From the NCBI RefSeq assembly GCF_006345805.1, contig NC_042998.1:171864001-171928000 (forward strand): a stretch of 64,000 nt of DNA. The letters are read 5' to 3'. The first letter of the stretch is position 1; each line of letters begins with the position of its first letter. This DNA is from Octopus sinensis (Eukaryota). The notes under the pieces were generated by a model. It worked only from the letters and a program-made list of their open reading frames with translations, was not told the DNA's origin and did no database searches. A program made the translations under genes and the position numbers. Positions 51,923 to 63,170 of this stretch are shown here, in pieces.

Positions 51923-53480
51923 CAGTGAAAACTCGCAGTACGAGTTTAATTCCTTCCATGCCCGAGCTCGTTTTACTATTTACTCGTTTTACAAATCAAT
52001 TTTCCCCATTGAAATTCATTAAAATATAATTAATTCGTTCCAGCTCCACAAAACCACCCAAAAATTATTTTTTATAGCTTTTAAAAAAGAGAAAGGGTGC
52101 AGTTATTACAAGGAAAGTGGCAATTATAAAAGTATAATAAAAAAGAATACAAATGAAATATGTAAATTGGTTTTATTAATTTAATTACCTTGGAAACATA
52201 TCAAAAGAAGTCTGCTTTTTCTTGCCTTTCAAAATGTTACGAGAATGCGACAGTGTAGTCTCATTAAATAAAGATGAGACGATTTGTGTGCGAGGAAGAC
52301 GATGGAGCGGTGAGGAGGAGGATTATTGGGTGGAAGGAGGTACCTCCTTCCATTAAGACTTCAGAAAGAACAATTTCTGGTGTTTTCCCTCTCACTTCGC
52401 TTAATTTAGGCTTTTTAGACACACTTTCTTCAATTTTCACACTCGCAGGTCATTTCGTTGGAAACATATCAAAAGAAGTCTGTTTCTTCCTGCCTTTCAA
52501 AATGTTACGAGAATGCGACAGTGCAGTGTCATTAAATAAAGTAGCTGTAAATACTTTTTCAGGATGATATTTTCCTACGAATTCAGAAACATAATGCCAC
52601 TTTGCCAACAGTGCCTTTATGTCACTCGTAGAGATAGCCTTCTCCGCTACGCTGTCCTCTTCCGGGGAACCAATCTCTTCCACCGCATCCAAATGCTGCT
52701 GAATCTGCAGGAGTTCATCTGTCGTCAGCTCCTCTAAGTGTTCCTCGACGAGATCGTTAATGTCCCCATCGTCAACATAGACTTGCCAAGGGACACTATC
52801 TCATCGACTACAGGTATCTCAGACACAAACCCCTCGAAGGCTCTTTTGGATATGCAGTCAGGCCAGTTTCCTCCATGCGGAATTCAGCGTTCTCCTCGTT
52901 ACTCCCTGCCAGGCCATATCGATTATTTTCAGGCAGTTAACAATTCTTGTGCTCTTTCCAAAAGTCACGAAGGATTAGATTTGTATTTTCGGTAACTTTA
53001 AAGCACTGACAAAACAGGTGTTTTGGTGTACAATTTCTTAAAATTAGAAATTTCCTGTTGATCCATGGGCTGCATGATGGGGGGGGGGGTTGCGTGAAAG
53101 TTATAGAACTTATATGAATTTATATTCGTCCTGGATATCATCTTCGAAGTTAAGAAGACGAGCAGGAGAATTGTCGAGGACGAGGAGGGCCTTGAGAGGA
53201 AAACCGTTCTCCAGAAGGTACTTTTTCACTGCTGGTTCGAAGATAAGATTGACCCACTCGGTGAAGAATTGCCTGGTGACCCAAGCTTTAACGTCTACTC
53301 TCCACATGACCTCCTTCAGGATTTTGTGTGACTTAAATGCTCGTTGGTTTTCGGAATGGTAGACAAAGAGCGGCTTAATCTTTAAGCTTCCACTCGCATC
53401 GGCGCAAAGGGCGACAATTAGCCTATCTTTCATAAGTTTGTGGCTTGGCATTTTCAGCAAGGAAGCTAGCTGCATTTCGG
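51923..53480 (-). mobile_element. Tigger (TIGD1-like) DNA transposon remnant
   Basis: Minus peptides KDRLIVALCADASGSLKIKPLFVYHSEN..KAWVTRQFFTEWVN..KALLVLDNSPA..MQPMDQ; terminal CAGTGAAAACTCGCAGTACGAG at 51923. Confidence 0.85.
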
Positions 53481-53499
53481 CCTTGTTGAACCTTACGAA

Positions 53500-53970
53500 T
53501 GACATGTACACACAACCAGTCACATGCCAGACTAGATTTCTCATCCCGATATAGGAGACAATGTATAATACATTCACTGATATTGCGCATAAACGCCGAG
53601 TTGAATAAATAATCTGAAATGCATGGTTTTTGCAGTGTGAGAGTCTGTTGAACACCATTTTGATGATATTTTAAATACTTTGGGAGAGAGTTCTAACATA
53701 CATGCCGTGTACTTTGTCTTCAGCAAGGTCTTATGTTAGGAAAACTATCCAATATAAGATTCCGTGTAAAGGTTTTGCAATGGGTTGTGTTGGCTGATAA
53801 AATTAACGCAACATATGATCGATAGAGTTCACTCTAACCCAGCAAAAGTCATTCGTGTCGATCCCATTCTCTTCATCATTTATGTAAACGGCAGCAGAAG
53901 TACAACCAAACACGGTAAAATAAAAATTTTGATAGATACTGGAGCTTCAGAAAGTTATCAACAGAGTAGG
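53500..53970 (+). mobile_element. Decayed CR1/Jockey-type RT fragment
   Basis: Peptides HGF, HFDDILNTLGESSNIHAVYFVFSK, KLSNI, NPAKVI, PILFIIYVN. Confidence 0.6.
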
Positions 53971-54418
53971 TGACTAGACCAAATTTCAATCTAGTCTGTG
54001 CGCTGTTATTCGACTAGTTGAGATAGTATAGTGCTAAACGGGAGAAAGTTGTGTTCGTCTGCATCGGAAAATGTAATATACATAAACGGTTATATTCTCT
54101 TCCTTCATGCAGCAAGAATCTTAACGGAACGGGAACGGAAAATAATTAACTCTTCCGACTAAGACAGGATCTTATCGGTTTGGCTGCCAGCATCAATCCT
54201 GTTCCAATTGATTTCTTATTCAGTGTAATGATACACTTTTATAGGCTGATGAATGACGTGAAAGTAATTTTCACTATAAATCAATATAAAAAAAGTTATT
54301 AGCAATTGAAGTTTGAAAATTTTGGTAATTTTAGCCATTCGTAAACCGCAGACACATTCACGCCCGTTTAGATAGTAAGAAGCGGAATATGAGAACTCTT
54401 TTGTCTCTCAACGTGGCT

Positions 54419-54432
54419 GTTGCCATAGTAAC
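54419..54432. promoter_or_regulatory. RFX X-box-like site
   Basis: GTTGCCATAGTAAC matches GTHNYYATRRNAAC; E-box CACGTG at 54479-54484 and half-site GTTATGGAAAC at 54536-54546; may be transposon-borne. Confidence 0.25.
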
Positions 54433-55179
54433 AAGGGAATCCAAGCAGTCTTTGAAAAGTCTTTTATCTGCGAGGAAGCACGTGTTGACAAATTGTTCTG
54501 TGTGATTATGGCAGTAAGCTTCAGTAACTTCGTTTGTTATGGAAACATTGAAAACAGAGGAGGGTATTTTTAAAATTAAAACCGAAAGTTAAATGTTTGT
54601 TCTTTAATGCTTAAATGTTCGTTTTTAAGTATATTTTGTACACGCTTATTTTCATATGTAACATATAAACATGTACATCTTTTGGAACATTGTCATCTTA
54701 TAAGATTTTGCTGGTAATTTTTAAAATTAATATAAACATTTATTTACAAGTTAAAAAATTACCGGAGAACTTTTATCTAATTCTTCCAAATCTTTCTGTT
54801 AAAAATTGTAATGTTTTTATCGCATGTTACGTGTTGTTTATCGCATTTGCGTTAAATGCATATTGAATGCTTAAATGTTTGTTTACTCGTTTCTTTTTGT
54901 CATTGAGCATTGAGGTGGTTCTATTGTGTGCTAAAAATAACAGCGAAATAAGATTTTTGGGATAAACCTTTTAAATTAACATAAACATCTATTTGCATGA
55001 AAGAAAATTACCGGAGATTTAACATGTATTGTTTACAAATATTGACAGCACGTACTATTTTCAGGATGTTGACGACAAAATGTGCAGTCACGCAAACATA
55101 TCAGCGTGGAGTTACAACTAAGCAGAACAAATTAAACACAGGGGACAGGTAAAATGTACAGAACAAGAAAAAAAACCAC

Positions 55180-56759
55180 AAATATAAATATCCTGTCAAT
55201 CACAAAAGAAATTTCCTCAAGTGTTTTTGGCTCAAATTGTCGGAATTTCGATTTAAAGTTTTATGAATGACGTCCATGAATAGAATACAACGTTTTTCGC
55301 TTTCGACATTTTCTGGGCAAGGCATTTAATAAAAAAAAAAAAACCTCCTCGATTGGAATATGCTGCTGGCAGCGTTCGCTGTCTCCCGGTGATTCCAATT
55401 CCGTATCACATTTGCTTCTGCTCGGAGAGATTACCAAAACCTTTAGGGGGGAAAAAAATTACATCATACATGACCAACGAAGTTGATGTAAAACAGGCAA
55501 TTCCTATCTTGTTTATGAGTAATGACACTCCAACAGATTTCTTAAACAAGGATATAAACATGATGTCTCAGAAATGGCAATGTGGAAAAAACAATAGACC
55601 AGATATCGAACCACGACCCTATCGTCAGGGGCTCCTAAATGCAAAATATTTACTACACAATATTCACGACAAATTTCTTTCTGTCATGACATCAATGATC
55701 AAAGAAGAAATAGATTAAGTATTTAAGTCAGGATAATTTGGATTAATTGTGGATGAAACAATGGATAGTTCTAAAAATGAACTGCTTCCCTTTTTTCTGA
55801 GTTACATTTTTGACAATGTTCGCAGTTAAGAATTTATTAGATATGGAGATACTCCTGAACTTAATTCTGAATCACTTTTACAGTGTGACGACCAGTTATG
55901 AGTCTTTCAATGCTAAGAAGGCATCTCGGCAATGAATTGAAAAATAGCTGGTACTCAAGCAAAGTTACGTGTCAGTGTCTCATTTGTTATTGATGCCTCT
56001 GCTACACCCACCGATCCAGACTGGTAGTGGTTAATTATATAAAAATGTAGAGGCTGTGAAAGAAGGTTTGGCCTTACTGCAACAAATCAACTTGTTAATT
56101 GCTCGGTCCACATCAGTTGTTCATGCTGTTAAAATGAAAAGTTTTTTCATTTCTTTATGTCAAAAGCGACCGGTTTCTCAACATTAATGGTTTCAAATTT
56201 ATGGCAGAAATTTTACGGCTGAACGACCTGAAAGCAAATTGCCATAGTGTAAAGCGTATCATCGAGTGGAAGTCACACACTATGAACTATCTGACCGAGT
56301 TGCTTCATTTTTTTTTTCGTTACTACAGGGATGTCTTGTTTGAATTGTTCCAACTGTTTCAAATTGATATAACGCTGTGCGTAAGCTATGTGGGTTGTGA
56401 ACGTAGTTTTTTCCCATTAGTGAATAGTCATGAACTATCTACAAAATAGCACCATGGACAACAGACGGAGCACACTAGATACAATTGTCACGAAAAGGTG
56501 ACTTGCTGGAAACTTGAATATTGAAAACATTGTATTTCGTTTCACCAAAATAGGAGAACTATCGTTGAATATTTTTTGTGTTATTGTAATTCGTAACAGA
56601 CATTACCATCTTTAATGTTTCATTTTTATATTTAACTTTACAATTGCATTAAGAAATGAATTTTGAATTTGATTTATTATATATATAAATTATCATATAT
56701 AAAACTTTGCTCGCCCTTAAACTTGCCAGGTTTGTTATAAAACACTGGCGCCACCACTG
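55180..56759 (+). mobile_element. hAT transposase remnant (ZMYM1/DUF4371-like)
   Basis: Peptides AKYLLHNIHDKFLSVMTSMIKEEI, FGLIVDETMDSSKNELL, and the hAT dimerisation motif QIDITLCVSYVGCERSF; TIR-like CACTGGCGCCACCACTG at 56743-56759. Confidence 0.7.
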
Positions 56760-57447
56760 TTTGTATACTGAAAAGTAAATGCTACTTAAATGATGAATTA
56801 CTATAAATAAATCAATATTATATTCGATGCAGTATTTAATTTGATGAGTTAGCAATTGTGTAATAATGTAATATTTGAGAAGTAGTGATATTCTCTGAAA
56901 ACTTCATTCTCAGTCTTGATTCAAGAGAGGGGACTGTGAAAATGTTTTCATCTGCCTGCTCGCATGATAAAGAGAGGATTTGAACTGAGAGCATAAAAAT
57001 ATAGTTGTACTTATCGGTTTAAGTAATATACTCACTACTTAAAACTATGCCTCCGGGTGGTATCTATATATATAACTTGGCCGAGGATAGTTTGGTGTCA
57101 TTTTTTTGGCAAAATTGAAAAGAAACAAAACAATTGATTAAAGAAATCGATCAAGAACCATGAAACTGAAGAAGAAAACAAAAACAATAAATTTTATTCT
57201 GGCATAGAAATAAATCTTTTGTCCTCATCTCTTAATGTTTGTTAGTTCGATCAACTTGTTCAATTATACAAGTTGTTATAAAGTTTTGGTTGAAAATTGA
57301 TTGCACTGCACTGAATTTTCTCATCAATCACATCTACTTAGTGATTCGTTTCCTTTGTGTACTTGTTGAAAAGTGATGAAGTGATGGGATGAAATAGAGC
57401 TGAGAACAATATCTCACAGAATGAATCCCTGGCGGTTTCAGATACTG

Positions 57448-57900
<453 letters not shown>

Positions 57901-58735
57901 TAGAATACATTGGAGATGTTGAGAAAATGAGACTTACTGATAAAATGGCAGCAATAATTGCGATCGTCTCAATTATTTCCCCCTGCCTCGTTTACCCACC
58001 GCTCTCGTCTAGTAACTGATACTAAATAACTCACTGTCAATCCGAATTTATTACCACCTATTTTTATAGCTTCTGACTTCAAATCTTATTCATTTTCTTT
58101 AACTGGCTTATCTTCTTCTGCTTCGCTTTCTTTGGAGATAATTTTTTGATGTTTTTGTATATCTTCCATTGTGATTTTCCCTCCCCCTTTACCATAATAG
58201 TCGGCGTTGATCAATTAGCTGAATATAAGATAAAGTACTAAAAATTCATTACCTATATAGTGTTAATAAATTGAGTTCCATCTAAGCACACTGAAAACCA
58301 TAATTTTGATAGGATTATGATGAGATTCTGTGATGTTTATGCCATTCACCAAATGAATTGGTGCCTTAAATTAAAGAAATTTGCTTCAAAGGGAATCAGA
58401 GTCGGCTTTCCGTCTCAGTTCGTAAATGTCTACCGTTTTCTGTAATAACACCCTGTTTCTGGTTTTAGCAAAATTGTCTTCTGATTCGTTTATATTTTCC
58501 AGTCACCATATTCTAGAATGGCGGCTGCGGTTTATGAACACTACACAATTTTATACTTCTTCCACTCTAGATTTGTGGCATTCTGCCCGAGTGAGGATTC
58601 AAGATTTTAATATTGATTTCTAACTTCGGCAAAGATTATAACTTTATTTAAGAAGAATCGACTCAAATATATGGCTGTTATTTCATATATTAAGAATTCA
58701 CAATTGTGTGTGTGTGTGTATGTATATATGATATA

Positions 58736-58809
<74 letters not shown>

Positions 58810-58919
58810 CATATATGTATTATATATATATATATATTACTATATATATATCATATAAATATATATATGTGTATGTATGTATGTATGTATGTATGTATGT
58901 ATGTATATATATATATATT

Positions 58920-58969
<50 letters not shown>

Positions 58970-59011
58970 TATATATATATATATATACACACATATATAT
59001 ATATATATATT

Positions 59012-59190
59012 GATAGAAATGGTAAGACGACAAAAGAATGAAAGTGACCTCGATTTTATGTAATTAGAGGAATTTATTTGTAAATGTAATATGTGACAAT
59101 TATTCGGTAGCCATGATAAAACTCCGAGTTTCGGATGTCGGGGTGGAAATCCATGCCACCATCTCTTCAGTTATATGGCCATCGGAAAAA
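59012..59190 (-). mobile_element. Penelope-like terminal repeat (3' end) abutting (TA)n
   Basis: Homologous to 62940-63108; both end ..CTTACC[A/G]TTT(C)TATC followed by AATATATA. Confidence 0.75.
59110..59179 (-). ncRNA. Type I hammerhead ribozyme candidate
   Basis: Minus strand GCCATATAA-CTGAAGA-GATG..CATC-C-GAAA-CTCGGAG-T-T-TTATCATGGC: stem I 9 bp with a bulge, stem II GATG/CATC, near-palindromic stem III, GUU triplet. Confidence 0.65.
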
Positions 59191-59199
59191 ATGCTATGA

Positions 59200-59253
<54 letters not shown>

Positions 59254-59279
59254 TGTGTGGTGTTTGTGTGTGTGTGTGT

Positions 59280-59316
<37 letters not shown>

Positions 59317-59712
59317 TTTCTCCTTTGACAGACAGCCGAATGGATCTGCTGAACGGTTTCAAATCTCGTTTGGTTCTCATCAGCGTTTGGTTTCATGGAA
59401 ATATCGAGTATCATAGTTATTGACATTCAATAAATGTAAGCGAGCTCAACTGCTCAGATCGACTTGCATACATAATACCTCACTATTATTTCAATTTATT
59501 TATTGTACATTAAGCAACCCTCATTATTTGCCACATGTACATTGTAGTTCAAGGTAAACCTTTTTCGAAACACAACTGGGTCATCGGTGTGTTTTCCTTT
59601 CTGTAGACATAAAATTATCTTCCACAGGACCAATTCGAAATTTTGCTTCGTTCTCATCCGAAAAGGAGAACCATTGGATTTGCGTACGAAAAGGAATGTA
59701 GTTCATCTGTTG

Positions 59713-60096
59713 TGGAGGCGCAATGGCCCAGTGGTTAGGGCAGCGGACTCGCGGTCATAGGATCGCGGTTTCGATTCCCAGACCGGGCGTTGTGAGTGTT
59801 TATTGAGAGAAAACACCTAAAGCTTCACGAGGCTCCGGCAGGGGATGGTGGTGATCCCTGCTGTACTCTTTCACCACAACTTTCTTTCACTCTTACTTCC
59901 TGTTTCTGTTGTACCTGTATTTCAAAGGGCCGGCCTTGTCACTCTCTGTGTCACGCTGAATATCCCCGAGAACTACGTTAAGGGTGCACGTGTCTGTGGA
60001 GTGCTCAGCCACTTACACGTTAATTTCCCGAGCAGGCTGTTCTGTTGATTCGGATCAACCTGAACCCTCATCGTCGTAACCGACGGAGTGCTTCCA
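59713..60096 (+). mobile_element. Family D SINE with 10-bp TSD
   Basis: Near-identical to 15792-16182; TSD AGTTCATCTG at 59700-59709 and 60097-60106. Confidence 0.9.
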
Positions 60097-60282
60097 AGTT
60101 CATCTGCTTTGCACAACATTGCTGGTATAACAAACAATAGACTTTGAGTTGTATGTGATTAATTGATTGATTTTGATGAATCGCCGACAGAGCACATTTT
60201 ATCACAATCATAACTTATGAATTGCGCAAGGTATATTTGCAAATGCACACAAACATATATGTGCACATATGCATATATACAT

Positions 60283-60677
60283 TCATAATATATAGTGTAC
60301 ATTTAAACATATAAGGAATCCACTCGTGGAATTCAACACGTTAGAAAGAACAGCTAGGTTCTATAACCACAAAAATTAGGAATAAAATTCGACAGGAACG
60401 AAAGGAAAAAAAAAATACATTTTACCATCAAGTTTCCTGGACCAATTGGTTTCTGATTTTAGTTTAGCAAGCAAATAAATAAGATTTACTCACGAGGTGA
60501 AATCGTCCTCAACAGGTACACCTTGGGTTAAATATATAAGCAACGAGGCAATCAAACTATATGCCTCCCGTTTATATATCCTAATTTTTGTGGTTATAGA
60601 ACCTAGCTGTTCTTTCTAGCGTGTTGAATTCCACGAGTGGATTCCTTATGTGTTTAAATGTACACTATATATTATGA
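60283..60677. mobile_element. Inverted-repeat element (99-bp arms, 197-bp interior)
   Basis: 60283-60381 and 60579-60677 are reverse complements with 2 mismatches; no TSD seen. Confidence 0.85.
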
Positions 60678-60889
60678 CTAATTCATAGTCTTTTGGGACT
60701 AAATTTTTACACGTTAGGCCACTGGGGGTGAAAATTTTAATTAATTTTCCATTTCCCTTTGATATGTTTAAGTATTATATAAATACATATGCATATATAT
60801 ATGTGTGTGTGTGCGTGTGTATGTATTAATGTGTATATATATATATTATAATATAATAATAATATATATATATATATATATAATATATA

Positions 60890-61200
60890 ATATAAAATCC
60901 ATTCTGTCTGTCTATGTGTCTTCTAGGATCTCGGGCATCGCGCTCAAATTGATATGTAGATACCGACGGTATCAGGGCGTGTATAAGTCTTGAAAAAATT
61001 GCAAAAATCGATTCCAGGTGAGAATGCGATCGATAAAGCCGTTGGAACGTGTATTTGTACGCGCAAGTACATCAGCTGTTGCGATATACTTACTGGTACT
61101 TTAAACTCTTCGGTTGCATATTTGTGTGAATAAAATCGTTTTTCTTTGGAATAGAAAAAAAGCCTATCTTTATTTTTCTTCTTTTGCTGGTGTCTCAAAT
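60890..61200 (+). mobile_element. Possible Helitron-like 5' fragment
   Basis: TATATAAAAT..CTGTCTGTCTATGTGTC leader typical of non-autonomous rolling-circle elements; no 3' hairpin found. Confidence 0.25.
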
Positions 61201-61211
61201 TTAGGTTAAAT

Positions 61212-61271
61212 CAGTGTTTCTCAAAGGAGAGGCCTATGGGACGGTCGGACAAGTTGCTTTGAAAAAAATTG
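61212..61271. mobile_element. Tiny degenerate hAT MITE
   Basis: CAGTGTTTCTCAAA / TTTGAAAAAAATTG; 8-bp flanks GGTTAAAT / GTTTAAAT. Confidence 0.4.
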
Positions 61272-61339
61272 GTTTAAATGACAACTCAGCACCGTTCATT
61301 GGACGGTGGGGGGCGTTTTTTGCTCGTATATATAATATA

Positions 61340-61379
<40 letters not shown>

Positions 61380-61495
61380 TATATATACATACATACATAT
61401 TGTGTACATACATATATATATAAAACATATATATGTATATATGTATATATATATGGGTATGTATATATATGTGTACAGGACACACACACATATAC

Positions 61496-62105
61496 ATCAT
61501 CATCATCATCATCATCATTGTTCGACCGTGGTCGAGACAATGGAATTTACTATGCTACGCCAGACTTCACGGTCCATCATGGCATTACGGAGGTCCTGTT
61601 GCTGGATGCCTGTATCCCTGGAGATTACATCAGGGTAGGAGAGGGTGCGCCCTCTGGCATTGCGAGTAGATGGCTTCCAGAGGAGGAGAGTAGAAATTAC
61701 CTCTTTTTCAGCTCTACAACAACGTCCAGCAAACTGGACTCTCCTACCTTTCACAAGAGATGACACAGGTGGTAGTTTCCCATATATTTGCATTTTGGTT
61801 GGATGGCGCCTCCACGAGAGATTTTGAGCTCTCATAAGGAGGCGAGTGTAGGTTCCATCCAACCGCCTCTCAAGCTTCTTTGATAACGTCCAGGTTTCGA
61901 GCCATATTGTAGAATTGGTTCGACTGTGGCTTTGAAGATTTCAAGTTTGAAGTCTCTACTTAGATTTGATGACCAGATCTTATGCATGTCATTACAGGCT
62001 GACCAGGCCATACCCTTTCTAGTTAGAAAGTCTTTTCCAGATGATGATATGTATGACCCAAGATATTTGTAATCAGAAACCATATTTAAGGGCGCATTGT
62101 AAATA
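61496..62105 (-). mobile_element. RTE-clade LINE 3' fragment with (TGA)n tail
   Basis: Peptides YKYLGSYI..RKGMAWSACNDMHKIWSS..FKATVEPILQYGS, RRVQFAGRCCRA..LLLWKP..DREVW; (CAT)n at 61496-61517. Confidence 0.9.
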
Positions 62106-62110
62106 CATAT

Positions 62111-62168
<58 letters not shown>

Positions 62169-62173
62169 ACACC

Positions 62174-62205
<32 letters not shown>

Positions 62206-62208
<3 letters not shown>

Positions 62209-63108
62209 CTATACAATATGTTACATTACTCGGTAGTCAAGATAAAACTCTGAGTTTCAGATGCCGAAGTGGAAATCCACAACACCATCTCTTCGGTTAT
62301 CTGGCTATTTGAAAACGTTATGAAAAAATACCGTTAAATAAAGGGAAATTACTCTGTTATAACTCTGCTTGCCTGCGTACTTATACATCGCTCGCATTTT
62401 TCGTCATAAAAATTATATAAAAATACATAAAAAATATATGAAAATATATAAAAATATATAAAAAATATATAAAAATATATAAATTCTTCTTGGGACATAA
62501 CATAGAAAGCATGTTCTATCTGTTCTCTTTAGGGGACTAAAAACGTAACAGAAATTTAGTCACATGTGGGCATGATCCGAAAAGCTCTGTCCTTGTATTT
62601 AGACATGTAGTAGGGTCTAAGCTGCTTTTCCAGATAAGAGAGATGGCTTATCTGGAAAATCAGCTTAGACCCTACTACATGTCTAAATACAAGGACAGAG
62701 CTTTTCGGATTATGCCCACATGTGACTAAATTTCTGTTACGTTTTTGGTCCCCTAAAGAGAACAGATAGAACATGCTTTCTATGTTATGTCCCAAGAAGA
62801 ATTTATATATTTTTATATATTTTTTATGTATTTTTATATAATTTTTATGACGAAAAATGCGAGCGATGTATAAGTACGCAGGCAAGCAGAGTTATAACAG
62901 AGTAATTTCCCTTTATTTAACGGTATTTTTCATAACGTTTTCAAATAGCCAGATAACCGAAGAGATGGTGTTGTGGATTTCCACTTCGGCATCTGAAACT
63001 CAGAGTTTTATCTTGACTACCGAGTAATGTAACATATTGTATAGATAAATTTCCTCTATTTACATATATTGAGGTCTCTTTCTTTCTTTTGTTATCTTAC
63101 CGTTTATC
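62206..63108. mobile_element. Head-to-head inverted Penelope-like terminal repeats (about 840-bp fold-back)
   Basis: Arms 62206-62638 and 62647-63047 with 3 substitutions and a 32-nt repeat-unit indel; the right arm encodes LNTRTELFGLCPHVTKFLLRF, like the Penelope ORF C-terminus (LNxRxE...CxH..KFLL). Confidence 0.85.
62948..63013 (+). ncRNA. Hammerhead-like motif with U4>C core change (mirror copy at about 62240-62305, minus strand)
   Basis: AGATAA-CCGAAGA-GATG..CATC-T-GAAA-CTCAGAG-T-T-TTATCT. Confidence 0.5.
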
Positions 63109-63127
63109 AATATATATATATATATAT

Positions 63128-63170
<43 letters not shown>

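Noticed and set aside
52738-53973. ORFs of 60-182 aa that might be host genes
   Set aside because: Explained as Tigger and CR1 fragments or their antisense frames, with frameshifts.
59713-59790. tRNA-like sequences (also at 16105-16182, 17509-17585, 12916-12990, 41428-41500)
   Set aside because: They have A/B boxes but no complete cloverleaf or acceptor stem and continue into SINE bodies with TSDs; these are SINE heads, not tRNA genes.
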